A stretch of 64,000 bases of DNA, taken from the NCBI RefSeq assembly GCF_055900595.2, contig NZ_CM148325.1; one strand, given 5' to 3'. This document shows, one piece after another, positions 39,128-49,742 of this stretch. The first letter of the stretch is position 1. Each line of letters begins with the position of its first letter. The notes beneath the pieces are model-generated. The model searched no databases, was not told the DNA's origin, and saw nothing but the letters and a program-made list of their open reading frames with translations. The translations under genes and the position numbers were made by a program.

Positions 39128-40462
39128 ATGCCGCGCTATCAGGATATCGCCCGTCAGTTAAAAACGGCTATTGAGCAAGGGGAACTGAAACCCGGCGCAA
39201 GGCTACCTTCAAGTCGTACCTGGTCGCAGGAACTGGGGATGTCTCGATCCACTGTCGAAAATGCGTATGCTGAGCTGGTGGCGCAAGGATGGCTGATCAG
39301 GCGGGGACAGGCTGGCACATTTGTCAGTGAGCAGATATATCCACAACAATCTACTGTACAAGTTGTGGCTTTTGCCGGTGAAAGTCAGCAACCGTTGCCA
39401 TTTCAAATGGGATTACCCGCACTCGATCTCTTTCCGCGAGAGCTGTGGGCGCGGGTGATGGGGCGTCGCCTTCGTACCCAGACGCGCTTTGATTTGGCTT
39501 TAGGCGATGTCTGCGGTGAGGCGGCGTTGCGTGAGGCAATAGTTGATTACTTACGCGTTTCACGTGGGATTGATTGTCAGCCAGAGCAGGTCTTTATCAC
39601 TCACGGTTATGCGGCCTCAATGGCTTTAATTCTGCACGCGCTGGCGAAACCGGGAAACGGGATGTGGATGGAAGATCCCGGCTTTCCACTGATTCGCCCG
39701 ATTGTCACTCGCCACGGTGTGGAAATTTTGCCTGTGCCGGTTGATGACAACGGACTGGATATCACAAGCGGAATACAAAATTATCCTGATGCGTGTTTTG
39801 CCCTGATAACACCAGCACACCAAAGCCCGCTGGGTGTGGCGCTCTCTTTAGCGCGCAGGCATCAGATACTGGAATGGGCAGAGCGTAGTCAGGCATGGAT
39901 TATTGAAGATGATTATGACAGTGAGTTTCGCTATCACGGTAAGCCGTTACCGGCGTTAAAAAGTCTCGATGCACCGCAGCGGGTAATTTATGCCGGAACA
40001 TTCAGCAAAGCACTATTTCCTGCATTGCGCTGTGCGTGGCTGGTGGTGCCGGTGAAGCAAATTGCACAATTCCGCCACCAGGCGTCACTGGCTCCATGTG
40101 CGGTACCTGTTCTATGGCAGAACACACTGGCAGACTTTCTTCGCGAGGGGCATTTCTGGCGGCATCTGAAGAAAATGCGTCAGCATTATGCTCAACGTCG
40201 GCAATGGATTGAGCAAGCGTTGACGCAGCAGGGATTTCAGGTTGTGCCGCAGAAAGGTGGTATCCAGATGGTGATCAGAATGATGGGCGATGATATTGCC
40301 CATGCGCGTAAAGCCAATGCTGCAGGCCTTGCGGTGCAGGCACTTAGCGACTGGCGTATCCGCTCAAGTGGGGAAGGTGGATTACTTCTCTCTTTTACCA
40401 ATATCGTTAACGAAGGTATGGCGCGACAGGTAGCACAACAATTACGTAAAGCCTTAAGCTAA
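39128..40462 (+). CDS. MocR-type (GntR HTH + PLP aminotransferase-like) transcriptional regulator
   Basis: 444 aa; N-terminal GntR wHTH (SSRTWSQELGMSRSTVENAY) and class I aminotransferase-like domain with candidate PLP lysine (TFSKALFP); divergent from AhpD-like gene. Confidence 0.72.
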   Translation: MPRYQDIARQLKTAIEQGELKPGARLPSSRTWSQELGMSRSTVENAYAELVAQGWLIRRGQAGTFVSEQIYPQQSTVQVVAFAGESQQPLPFQMGLPALDLFPRELWARVMGRRLRTQTRFDLALGDVCGEAALREAIVDYLRVSRGIDCQPEQVFITHGYAASMALILHALAKPGNGMWMEDPGFPLIRPIVTRHGVEILPVPVDDNGLDITSGIQNYPDACFALITPAHQSPLGVALSLARRHQILEWAERSQAWIIEDDYDSEFRYHGKPLPALKSLDAPQRVIYAGTFSKALFPALRCAWLVVPVKQIAQFRHQASLAPCAVPVLWQNTLADFLREGHFWRHLKKMRQHYAQRRQWIEQALTQQGFQVVPQKGGIQMVIRMMGDDIAHARKANAAGLAVQALSDWRIRSSGEGGLLLSFTNIVNEGMARQVAQQLRKALS

Positions 40463-40487
40463 AAAACCCCGAAATCAGGCTTCGGGG
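40461..40487 (-). terminator. Rho-independent terminator of ygaM (bidirectional with MocR gene)
   Basis: Minus strand ccccgaagcctgatttcgggg followed by tttttt. Confidence 0.75.
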
Positions 40488-40518
40488 TCAAAGACGCGTA
40501 TTTATTATCATTGTTGCA

Positions 40519-40848
40519 CTACGATTTGCGCATGCTTAACAGTGCGCCGATAAAAATACCTACCGCAGCTGCTGTACCCACGCTACACCAGGGTCTTTCA
40601 CGAACAAAAGAATCCGCGCAGCCAACGGCATCGCGCGCGGCTTGCTGGACGCGAGTACGACCATGCATTCGCGCTCTGGTTTCTTTCAGTAGAGCCTGCG
40701 CTTTACTACGAGCGGCTTCGGCTTCCCCTTTGGCGTCGCTGCCCCAGGACTTCAATACAGATTCGAGACTGTCAGCCAATTGATTGACATCATTCTGGAT
40801 ATCCTGCACGCCATCATCGACGTCGTTGCGGTTCGGTCGGTTAAACAT
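40519..40848 (-). CDS. ygaM: ElaB/YqjD-family ribosome- and membrane-associated protein YgaM
   Basis: DUF883-like 109-aa protein with C-terminal TM; track ORF extends 4 codons upstream. Confidence 0.85.
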   Translation of the reverse strand: MFNRPNRNDVDDGVQDIQNDVNQLADSLESVLKSWGSDAKGEAEAARSKAQALLKETRARMHGRTRVQQAARDAVGCADSFVRERPWCSVGTAAAVGIFIGALLSMRKS

Positions 40849-40999
40849 ATGATCCCCCATTAGAATTCGATGTAATTTTTAGTGTAGACCATAATTTTCT
40901 TAACTGAGGTTCATCGCGGCTTTATGGACTTTTCTGAAAGCGTTGTGAATGCGCAATCAGGTAAGGTAGGCCCGCGGTTGATAATAACGAGGATCAAAT

Positions 41000-41344
41000 A
41001 TGTATTTACGACCAGACGAGGTGGCGCGCGTACTTGAAAAAGTCGGTTTTACTGTCGATGTGGTAACTCAGAAAGCTTATGGTTACCGCCGTGGGGAAAA
41101 TTATGTCTATGTTAATCGCGAAGCACGAATGGGACGTACCGCTCTGGTAATTCATCCAACATTAAAAGAACGCAGTTCAACACTGGCTGAACCCGCTTCC
41201 GATATTAAAACTTGCGATCATTACCAGCAATTTCCGCTCTATTTAGCGGGTGAACGTCATGAGCATTACGGTATCCCACATGGCTTTAGTTCGCGTGTTG
41301 CGCTTGAACGTTATTTGAATGGTTTATTTGGCGAAGCCAGTTAA
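41000..41344 (+). CDS. ygaC: Uncharacterized protein YgaC
   Basis: 114 aa, conserved neighbour of alaE. Confidence 0.85.
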
Positions 41345-41380
41345 AGACGCGACTGGCGATGCCAGTCGCGAAAGGAAGGG

Positions 41381-41830
41381 TCAGGCTTTTACCTGCTGGT
41401 AACGGCTGACTTTAAACAGTCGGCGGCAATAATCGAGGAAGTAGCCATAAACCGCCCCCATCAACATCGAAACAACGATGTTTGAACTGACCGCCGCCAT
41501 AATCTGATGCCAGTCTGCGCCCACCACTAACAAGATCGCCACATACACCGGTGACTGGAACGTCACATACGCCAGGATATCCGCCAGATTTTTTACCCAG
41601 CCCGACGGACTAACTTTGCGTGCCGCGCGCATAAACAGATCGCGGTACATACCGTATGGCCATGCAATTAAGATGTTCACCGGAATCGCTACCAATCTGG
41701 AATAAAGAGACTGTTCGAAGCTCATTCCGGAGAGGAAAACTTCAATACACATGTTCACGACAGAACAGTAAACAACCATCGCGAACGTATCTGCAACTGC
41801 ATGACGCAAGCGTGACTGCGGTGAGAACAT
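41381..41830 (-). CDS. alaE: L-alanine exporter AlaE
   Basis: 149 aa membrane protein. Confidence 0.9.
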   Translation of the reverse strand: MFSPQSRLRHAVADTFAMVVYCSVVNMCIEVFLSGMSFEQSLYSRLVAIPVNILIAWPYGMYRDLFMRAARKVSPSGWVKNLADILAYVTFQSPVYVAILLVVGADWHQIMAAVSSNIVVSMLMGAVYGYFLDYCRRLFKVSRYQQVKA

Positions 41831-42497
41831 GCTAATGCTCCTTAATAAAAGCGTAATGGGACGTTAATAGAGATGAAAGCAGTGGATCTCATTGCCATCT
41901 GCATTTTCGCATAGCGTATATCGCTGGCTATTACTAATCAATTAGTGAAAAATTTTTATTTAATCTGTTTTTGTAGATAAAATATTCCGTAGCGGCGCGT
42001 TTTTTGTACATTGTGGATTTTTACATGCTGATATGATTTATTTTCAATTAAATCAATTAGATATGCACTTATCTTTATTTTCACTAATGAAAGTTTGGGG
42101 GTGAGGTAACGCTATAAGCGTAGAGAGTTCGGTGTATGCAGTGACTGGGTCATTTTCAGCATTTTTTATGCCAGACAATGTACATTAACAGCAGAAAGCA
42201 CCAGTGAGTGATGTTTATTTTTATTCGTATATATTGCATTTTTATTCGATTTGGTTTTATCAGGCTTTCGGGATTAGCGAGCAGAGAGCGCCGCTCTGTT
42301 CACCAATAACCGAAATTACTCATCAAATTGGCTAATATATAATCTTGAAATTATTCTGAGAGTTTCAGAAAATAACAGCTGAAATAATCTCGTGCAGGAC
42401 TGTAAATAGATTAAATTTTGTGGAAATATAATAAGTGATCGCTTACACTACGCGACGAAATACTTTTTTGTTTTGGCGTTAAAAGGTTTTCTTTATT

Positions 42498-42902
42498 ATG
42501 TCCGTAATGTTACAAAGTTTAAATAACATTCGCACTCTCCGTGCGATGGCTCGCGAATTCTCCATTGACGTTCTTGAAGAAATGCTCGAAAAATTCAGGG
42601 TTGTCACTAAAGAAAGACGTGAAGAAGAAGAACAGCAGCAGCGTGAACTGGCAGAGCGCCAGGAAAAAATTAGCACCTGGCTGGAGCTGATGAAAGCTGA
42701 CGGAATTAATCCGGAAGAGTTACTGGGTAATAGCTCTGCTGCTGCACCACGCGCTGGTAAAAAACGCCAGCCGCGTCCGGCAAAATATAAATTCACCGAT
42801 GTTAACGGTGAAACTAAAACCTGGACCGGTCAGGGCCGTACACCGAAGCCAATCGCTCAGGCGCTGGCAGAAGGTAAATCTCTCGACGATTTCCTGATCT
42901 AA
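42498..42902 (+). CDS. stpA: H-NS paralogue StpA
   Basis: 134 aa [21 protein letters not shown]... Confidence 0.96.
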   Translation: MSVMLQSLNNIRTLRAMAREFSIDVLEEMLEKFRVVTKERREEEEQQQRELAERQEKISTWLELMKADGINPEELLGNSSAAAPRAGKKRQPRPAKYKFTDVNGETKTWTGQGRTPKPIAQALAEGKSLDDFLI

Positions 42903-42948
42903 TTACTGAGGCCGGATGTCGCTGCTATGGCGCGTCCGGCGTCGCTTC

Positions 42949-43473
42949 TCAAGCTTGTTGGTTCCACGGCATCTTATCTAACAACCTTGCCATCCCACAA
43001 AAACCGCTAATTCCTGCAAACAGTAACCCGGCACCAACAAAGCCACTTAATAAGAAGAAACCACTATTTACGGTATAACCCAGTACAACGCCGATTAATA
43101 TTAAACCACCCGCGGCGATCTGCACCTGGCGCATTAACGGCAAGGGTTGAGACTTATTTACCGCAACTGGCAATCCTGCTTTTTTCCAGCCATCAATCCC
43201 ATCTTCGAGTAAAAAGATTTCTGCGGGTGCGGCAATCGCTGCTAATTTATCGGCGTTATTACTGGTGCGTTTACCTGCCTGGCAGTGGAAGATAATTTGC
43301 TCACGACGTAATTTAGCCGGAAGACCTGACTGTTCGAGCACAGATAATGGAGCCAAATCTGCTTCAGGAATATGTTCACGAAGATATTCATCAGCATCAC
43401 GAATATCGATTAACTTTGCGCCGCGTGCGATTAATTCTTGTGCATCATGCGGCGAAATGGTTGTCAAAGCCAT
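42949..43473 (-). CDS. ygaP: Membrane-anchored rhodanese (thiosulfate sulfurtransferase) YgaP
   Basis: 174 aa, rhodanese active-site Cys (FHCQAGKR) and C-terminal TM helices. Confidence 0.9.
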   Translation of the reverse strand: MALTTISPHDAQELIARGAKLIDIRDADEYLREHIPEADLAPLSVLEQSGLPAKLRREQIIFHCQAGKRTSNNADKLAAIAAPAEIFLLEDGIDGWKKAGLPVAVNKSQPLPLMRQVQIAAGGLILIGVVLGYTVNSGFFLLSGFVGAGLLFAGISGFCGMARLLDKMPWNQQA

Positions 43474-43482
43474 AGTGACTCC

Positions 43483-43782
43483 TTACGGACAATAGACATT
43501 TTTCAGGGTGGCGATAATGGCATTTACCGCCTCATTTTTAATGGAATATAGAATGCGTTGGGCATCCCGTTGGCTGTCGATAAGCCCTTCGTCTCGCATA
43601 CGAGCGAGATGCTGTGATGTCGCAGAGGCACTCAATCCGGTAATGCGCGTCAGCTCTCCCGCGCTGGTACCGGGGGAACCGCTAAGCATGCACAGAATCA
43701 GCAACCGTTTAGGGTGGCTCATTGCTTTCAATAAGGCCGCTGCCTGTTCGGCACTGGCCTGTAATTGCGCGAGTTCAGTCAT
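43483..43782 (-). CDS. ygaV: ArsR-family transcriptional regulator YgaV
   Basis: About 99 aa ArsR HTH, cotranscribed with ygaP. Confidence 0.88.
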   Translation of the reverse strand: MTELAQLQASAEQAAALLKAMSHPKRLLILCMLSGSPGTSAGELTRITGLSASATSQHLARMRDEGLIDSQRDAQRILYSIKNEAVNAIIATLKNVYCP

Positions 43783-43964
43783 AGTCATTTAAGTGTTTTC
43801 TAAATTAAGTAAACTCTAAACTAAAAATACAACATATGCCAGCATCAGCAGCGTAAATGAGAGTAAAAGCGTAAGCTGAAACTGGCAGGCTCCGCTAAAA
43901 TTACTACGCTTAAGAGATAAAATCTCTTTTTAAACAATGAGTAATTTTCTTATAGGGAGTACAT

Positions 43965-44123
43965 ATGGGTTTCTGGAGAATCGTCATCACCATCATTCTG
44001 CCGCCGCTCGGCGTGCTGCTCGGTAAAGGGTTCGGTTGGGCGTTCATTATTAATATTCTGCTGACACTGCTTGGGTATATCCCCGGTTTGATTCACGCGT
44101 TCTGGGTGCAAACCCGCGATTAA
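43965..44123 (+). CDS. yqaE: Small membrane proteolipid YqaE (UPF0057/Pmp3 family)
   Basis: 52-aa ORF MGFWRIVITIILPPLGVLLGKGFGWAFIINILLTLLGYIPGLIHAFWVQTRD, below track size cutoff, found by direct reading. Confidence 0.85.
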   Translation: MGFWRIVITIILPPLGVLLGKGFGWAFIINILLTLLGYIPGLIHAFWVQTRD

Positions 44124-44206
44124 ACCTGTCCTCACCCCCGCGGCGTTAACGCGCCGCGTTCCTCTGCTACACTTTCTGAGTGTTTCCGTTAACGAATGAG
44201 GTAGCT

Positions 44207-44656
44207 ATGGGTCTGTTCAATTTTGTGAAAGATGCCGGAGAAAAACTCTGGGACGCGGTTACAGGTCAGCACGATAAAGACGATCAGGCGAAGAAGGTGC
44301 AGGAGCATTTGAACAAAACCGGTATACCTGATGCCGATAAAGTGAATATTCAAATTGCCGACGGCAAAGCGACGGTCACTGGTGACGGCTTAAGTCAGGA
44401 GGCGAAGGAGAAAATCCTTGTTGCGGTGGGGAATATTTCCGGTATTGCCAGTGTCGATGATCAGGTGAAAACGGCGACACCAGCCACTGCCAGCCAGTTT
44501 TATACCGTTAAGTCTGGCGACACTCTGAGTGCCATTTCCAAACAGGTCTACGGTAACGCCAATCTGTACAATAAAATCTTCGAAGCGAATAAACCGATGC
44601 TAAAAAGCCCGGATAAAATTTACCCGGGGCAAGTGTTGCGTATTCCTGAAGAGTAG
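44207..44656 (+). CDS. kbp: Potassium-binding protein Kbp (BON + LysM)
   Basis: Probable start [14 protein letters not shown] at 44207 after GAGG RBS. Confidence 0.9.
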
Positions 44657-45319
44657 TTAATTGCCAGCCATTGCCTGCTGGATAATGGGAATTGGCGTCA
44701 GTAAATGCTGGCGCATTAACTCACTGGCGCGCGCGGTATCTCGCGCCAGTACCGCCGCAGTCAGGGTCTGGTGCTGATCGCGTTTATCCTCAAGCATTTC
44801 CACCGAAAGCACTGTTCGCCGCAGCCAGATAAATCGATAGCGCGCCGCCAGATCAAACAACCGTTCACGCATTTGCAGCAAATAGTGAGAACCACAGCCC
44901 GCCACAATTGCAGTATGAAACGCCTGATGACGCAGATCCCACTCATCAAGCATTTTCTCACTGGCGTCACAGGCCTCCAGCTTACTCAGCAGATGCGCTT
45001 TTGCGAGAACGTCTGCCTCCCATTCATCGCCACCGCGGGCAATCGCCAGACTGACCAGCATCGCTTCCATATTGGCGCAGGCGTCGAAAATATCGAGCAG
45101 CTCCTGCTCTGACATAGACGCCACCCGATACCCTTTTTGATTCACCACCGTGACCAGTCGTTCTGCTACCAGTTGCGAAAGCGCTTCCCGCAACGGCCCA
45201 ACGCCAAGTGCATAACGCGATGTCAGCAAACTCATCCGTAATTTTTCATCCGGTTGAAAATTACCGCGAATAATATCGTTCTTCAGCCAGCGATAGCCAT
45301 CCAGAGACGTAATGGTCAT
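44657..45319 (-). CDS. csiR: GntR-family regulator CsiR
   Basis: Probable start MTITSLDGYRW at 45319; FadR-type GntR. Confidence 0.88.
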   Translation of the reverse strand: MTITSLDGYRWLKNDIIRGNFQPDEKLRMSLLTSRYALGVGPLREALSQLVAERLVTVVNQKGYRVASMSEQELLDIFDACANMEAMLVSLAIARGGDEWEADVLAKAHLLSKLEACDASEKMLDEWDLRHQAFHTAIVAGCGSHYLLQMRERLFDLAARYRFIWLRRTVLSVEMLEDKRDQHQTLTAAVLARDTARASELMRQHLLTPIPIIQQAMAGN

Positions 45320-45339
45320 GGTGTGACTCCTGATCATTA

Positions 45340-46740
45340 TTAGCGCGTATTATGAACGGGTGTTTTTTGCCACAATACCAGTTTTTTCCAGCGCGCCATA
45401 ATCGGCACGGTACAGATTATCCCTATCGCTAATAAACCGGTGGAGATCACTTCTAACTGTTGCGCCGGGCGGAATAGCATCACTACCAACACAAAGGTAA
45501 TAAAGCCGATTACCAGCCAGGTGAGCCACGGGTAAAGCCACATTCGCAGGCGAATTTCGCTTCCTTCTGCTCGCAGGATTTTGCGCATTCGTAATTGCGA
45601 AACGGCGATGACTAAATAAACCAGCAGGGCGATAGCGCCGGAGCTGTCGATCAGAAATTTAAACACTTTCGCCGGTGCGTAATAGTTAACCACCACCGTT
45701 AAAAACGCCGCGCCGGTGGAGAGTAACACCGCCACGTACGGGGTTTTACTGCGGTTAATTTTGCCCATTACCGCGGGAGCATCACCGCGACGGCTTAAGG
45801 AGTAGAGCATTCTGGAAGCGGTATACAGAGCCGAGTTCAGGCAACTGGTTACGGAAAGTAATATCACGCAGTCCATGATTAATTTCGCATGGGGAATATT
45901 GAGCAATTCCAGAACCGAGCGATAAGATCCAACGGCTTTCAGCCCCGGCATATTCCACGGTATTAATGCCACGACGACAAAAATAGAGCACAAATAGAAG
46001 ATAGAAATACGCCAGATAACCGAGTTGGTGGCGCGGACAATATGTTTTTCCGGCGTGTCGGATTCCGCGGCGGCAATGGTGACAATTTCTGCGCCCATAA
46101 ACGAGAACATGGTGATCAACATCGCGCTTAATACCGCACCGAAGCCATTGGGCATAAAGCCGCCGCTATCCCACAATCTTGAGATCCCGCTCACTTCGGC
46201 ATAAGGGTAAAAACCGCTAATTGCGACTGCACCAAGGAAAATAAAGGCCAGGATAGCGATGACTTTGCACAGCGCCAGCCAGAACTCAAATTCGCCGTAG
46301 TTTTTAACGCTTAATAAATTACTGCCAGTTAAGGCGAGGGTAATGACGAGGGAAAATAACCAGATGGGAATGCCTGGAACCCACGAGTGCAGGATCATGG
46401 CGGCGATGTTGGCTTCCAGCGGGATAACCAGTACCCAAAACCACCAGTACAGCCAGCCGATGGTATAACCCGCCCAACGACCAATAGCTTTATCGGCATA
46501 GGTGGAAAACGAACCCGTGTCGGGCGTGGCAACCGCCATTTCCGCCAACATCCGCATAATCATAACCACCAGTAATCCGGCGAACAGATAGGCCAGTAAT
46601 ACCGCCGGGCCCGCTTCGGCGATAGCGACGCTGGAACCGACAAACAGACTTGCGCCGATAACACCGGCAATAGACAACATGGTGACGTGGCGTGACTTCA
46701 GCCCGCCGCCTAACTCATGTGGTTGCGATGATTGCCCCAT
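45340..46740 (-). CDS. gabP: GABA permease
   Basis: Probable start MGQSSQPHELGGGLKSRHVTMLS at 46740; APC transporter. Confidence 0.93.
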   Translation of the reverse strand: MGQSSQPHELGGGLKSRHVTMLSIAGVIGASLFVGSSVAIAEAGPAVLLAYLFAGLLVVMIMRMLAEMAVATPDTGSFSTYADKAIGRWAGYTIGWLYWWFWVLVIPLEANIAAMILHSWVPGIPIWLFSLVITLALTGSNLLSVKNYGEFEFWLALCKVIAILAFIFLGAVAISGFYPYAEVSGISRLWDSGGFMPNGFGAVLSAMLITMFSFMGAEIVTIAAAESDTPEKHIVRATNSVIWRISIFYLCSIFVVVALIPWNMPGLKAVGSYRSVLELLNIPHAKLIMDCVILLSVTSCLNSALYTASRMLYSLSRRGDAPAVMGKINRSKTPYVAVLLSTGAAFLTVVVNYYAPAKVFKFLIDSSGAIALLVYLVIAVSQLRMRKILRAEGSEIRLRMWLYPWLTWLVIGFITFVLVVMLFRPAQQLEVISTGLLAIGIICTVPIMARWKKLVLWQKTPVHNTR

Positions 46741-46838
46741 CCTGAATCCTCTCGAAAGTGTGTCACTTGGGAGAGCGCCCCGACATTTCCCGCGTCGGGT
46801 CACGCGTGTAATTGTTATTGGTTCTTTTTACCGGAGAG

Positions 46839-46967
46839 CGGCTCCGCCTTATCCGGCCGACATAGATTTATTCCTGTTCACGTACAGATTGTCGGATGCG
46901 GCGTAAACGCCTTATCCGACCTGGATTCTCGTAGGCCGGACAAGACGCGAAGCGTCGCCTCCGGCAT
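46839..46967. repeat. REP/BIME cluster (three REP palindromes)
   Basis: gcctccgccttatccggcc / gtcggatgcggcgtaaacgccttatccgacc / gtaggccggacaagacgcgaagcgtcgcctccggcat. Confidence 0.8.
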
Positions 46968-46977
46968 GGGTGCGGAG

Positions 46978-48258
46978 CTACTGCTTCGCCTCATCAAAAC
47001 ACTGGCTGATGATCTCCAGACCCTGACGGATCTGAGCCTCTTCAATGGTGAGCGGGACAAGGATGCGCAGCACGTTGTAATACGGGCCGCAGGAGAGAAG
47101 AATCAGGCCTTTATCGCGGGCGCGCGCCACGATGTCGGCGGTGAGTTTGGCGTCCGGTTTACTGTGATCGCCACCTTCAAACAGCTCGATAGCGATCATC
47201 GCCCCCAGCCCGCGAACGTCGCCGATCTCGGTGTGTTTTTCGGCGATCGCCAGCAATCCGTCTTTCAGCTTTTGCCCCAGATCGTTGGCTTTTTGCAGCA
47301 GATTTTCCTGCTCGAATACCTTTAACACTTCCAGCGCTGCCACGCAGGCAATCGGGTTACCCGCATAGGTACCGCCCAGACCGCCTGGAGCGACGGCATC
47401 CATCACTTCGGCGCGCCCGGTGACGCCCGCCAGCGGGAAGCCGCCTGCGATCGATTTCGCAAAGGTGGTGAGATCCGGCGCCACGCCCATCTGTTCCATC
47501 GCAAACAGTGTGCCGGTACGCCCCGCACCGCTTTGCACTTCATCGGCAATCAACATGATCCCGTGCTCGTCACACAGCGCGCGTAAACGCTGCATAAAGG
47601 CTGGTGTCGCGGCGTAGAAACCGCCTTCACCCTGAACCGGCTCAATCACGATGGCGGCGATATCTTCCGGCGCAGCGTCATTTTTGAAGATCCGATGAAT
47701 ACTGGCGATAGCATCATCTTCACTGATGCCGTGCAGTGGGCAAGGATAAAGCGCGCGATAAACATGGCCCGGCATCAGGCCCATACCCGCAGAGTACGGA
47801 TTCACCTTGCCGGTCAGCGCCAGCGTGTAGTGCGTACGCCCGTGATATGCACCGCTAAAGGCGATAGTGCCGCTGCGTTTGGTGGCGGCGCGGGCGATTT
47901 TCACCGCGTTTTCCACCGCTTCGGAACCAGTCGTCACCAGCAGCGTTTTTTTGGCAAAATCGCCTGGCACCTTCTGATTCATAATCTCGCACAGCTCCAG
48001 ATACGGCTCGTAGGCCAGCACCTGGAAGCAGGTGTGCGACAGTTTTTTCAACTGCGCTTCCACCGCCGCAACCACTTTCGGATGCAGGTGCCCGGTATTG
48101 AGCACCGCAATCCCGCCCGCGAAATCAAGATACTCACGGCCTTCAACGTCCCACACCCGGCAGTTTTCCGCGCGGTCAGCGAAAATCGGGTGAATTTGCC
48201 CAACGCCACGGGGAATCGCCTGACTGCGGCGTTGCATTAACTCTTTATTGCTGCTCAT
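46978..48258 (-). CDS. gabT: 4-aminobutyrate aminotransferase
   Basis: 426 aa PLP class III aminotransferase. Confidence 0.96.
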   Translation of the reverse strand: MSSNKELMQRRSQAIPRGVGQIHPIFADRAENCRVWDVEGREYLDFAGGIAVLNTGHLHPKVVAAVEAQLKKLSHTCFQVLAYEPYLELCEIMNQKVPGDFAKKTLLVTTGSEAVENAVKIARAATKRSGTIAFSGAYHGRTHYTLALTGKVNPYSAGMGLMPGHVYRALYPCPLHGISEDDAIASIHRIFKNDAAPEDIAAIVIEPVQGEGGFYAATPAFMQRLRALCDEHGIMLIADEVQSGAGRTGTLFAMEQMGVAPDLTTFAKSIAGGFPLAGVTGRAEVMDAVAPGGLGGTYAGNPIACVAALEVLKVFEQENLLQKANDLGQKLKDGLLAIAEKHTEIGDVRGLGAMIAIELFEGGDHSKPDAKLTADIVARARDKGLILLSCGPYYNVLRILVPLTIEEAQIRQGLEIISQCFDEAKQ

Positions 48259-48271
48259 TCGCGTTCTCCAG

Positions 48272-49720
48272 TTAAAGACCGATGCACATGTATTTGATTT
48301 CTAAATAATCTTCGATGCCATACTTCGAACCTTCACGACCCAGCCCCGAGGCTTTTATGCCGCCGAACGGGGCCACTTCATTGGAAATAATGCCGGTATT
48401 GATACCGACGATGCCGTATTCCAGCGCCTCGCCCACGCGGAAGACGCGGCTTAAATCACGGGCGTAAAAATAGGCGGCAAGGCCAAACTCGGTGTCATTG
48501 GCCTGCGCAATCACATCGGCTTCATCTTTAAAACGGAATAGCGGGGCGAGGGGGCCGAACGTCTCTTCTTTCGACACTTTGGCGTTGACCGGAACATCCA
48601 CCAGAATGGTCGGCTGGAAGAAGTTGCCGCCGCGTTCACGTGCTTTGCCTCCGCAAACCACGCGCGCGCCTTTCTCCAGCGCATCGGCGATATGCTCTTC
48701 CACTTTTGCTACCGCTTTTTCATCGATCAGTGGCCCAATGGTGACGCCTTTTTCCAGCCCATCACCGATGTGCAGTTTGCTCACCGCCTGCTGCAATTTT
48801 TCGGCAAAGCGGTCATACACGCCGTCCTGCACATACAGGCGGTTGGCGCAGACGCAGGTTTGCCCGGCGTTACGGAATTTCGAGGCCAGCGCGCCTTCCA
48901 CGGCTTTATCGAGATCGGCATCGTCAAAGACAATAAACGGTGCGTTGCCACCCAGCTCCAGCGACACTTTTTTGATGTCTTTCGCGCACTGTTCCATTAA
49001 CTGACGGCCAATTTCGGTCGAGCCGGTAAACGACAGCTTGCGCACCAGCGGGTTGCTGGTCAGTTCGTTACCGACCGCGCCCGCCGAACCGGTCACCACG
49101 TTAAATACGCCAGCCGGAATGCCCGCGCGAATCGCCAGCTCTGCCAGCGCCAGCGCAGAGAACGGCGTCTGACTGGCGGGCTTCAGCACCATCGTGCAGC
49201 CTGCCGCCAGCGCCGGACCGGCTTTGCGGGTAATCATCGCCGCCGGGAAGTTCCACGGCGTGATAGCGGCGGTAACGCCAATCGGCTGCTTGATAACAAT
49301 CAGGCGTTTATCGGCCTGATGACCGGGAATGGTGTCGCCATAAATACGCTTGCCTTCTTCGGCAAACCACTCAATAAATGAGGCGGCGTAGCTGATTTCG
49401 CCTTTCGCTTCCGCCAGCGGTTTGCCCTGTTCGAGGGTCATCAGGCGCGCTAAATCGTCCTGATGCTCCATCATCAAATTGAACCAGTTACGCAGAATGT
49501 TGGCGCGTTCTTTGGCGGTAAGGGCACGCCAGGCGGGCAGGGCGCGGTTGGCGGCGTCGATAGCGGCGCGGGTTTCATCTGCGCCCATTTTGGGTACGCT
49601 ACCCAGCTTGTCGCCATTCGCCGGATTAGTGACCTCGATGACTTCGCCATTGTTGGCGTCCAGCCATTCCCCGTTAATTAACGCCTGCTGGCGGAATAAG
49701 TTATTGTCGTTCAGTTTCAT
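48272..49720 (-). CDS. gabD: Succinate-semialdehyde dehydrogenase (NADP+)
   Basis: 482 aa ALDH. Confidence 0.96.
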   Translation of the reverse strand: MKLNDNNLFRQQALINGEWLDANNGEVIEVTNPANGDKLGSVPKMGADETRAAIDAANRALPAWRALTAKERANILRNWFNLMMEHQDDLARLMTLEQGKPLAEAKGEISYAASFIEWFAEEGKRIYGDTIPGHQADKRLIVIKQPIGVTAAITPWNFPAAMITRKAGPALAAGCTMVLKPASQTPFSALALAELAIRAGIPAGVFNVVTGSAGAVGNELTSNPLVRKLSFTGSTEIGRQLMEQCAKDIKKVSLELGGNAPFIVFDDADLDKAVEGALASKFRNAGQTCVCANRLYVQDGVYDRFAEKLQQAVSKLHIGDGLEKGVTIGPLIDEKAVAKVEEHIADALEKGARVVCGGKARERGGNFFQPTILVDVPVNAKVSKEETFGPLAPLFRFKDEADVIAQANDTEFGLAAYFYARDLSRVFRVGEALEYGIVGINTGIISNEVAPFGGIKASGLGREGSKYGIEDYLEIKYMCIGL

Positions 49721-49742
49721 CGCTACATCCTGTTTTCAAAGG

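Noticed and set aside
41831-42497. Long AT-rich non-coding stretch upstream of stpA that could hide an sRNA or island boundary
   Set aside because: Consistent with a large curved H-NS/StpA-bound promoter region; no ORF, tRNA or terminator-defined sRNA could be supported from sequence alone
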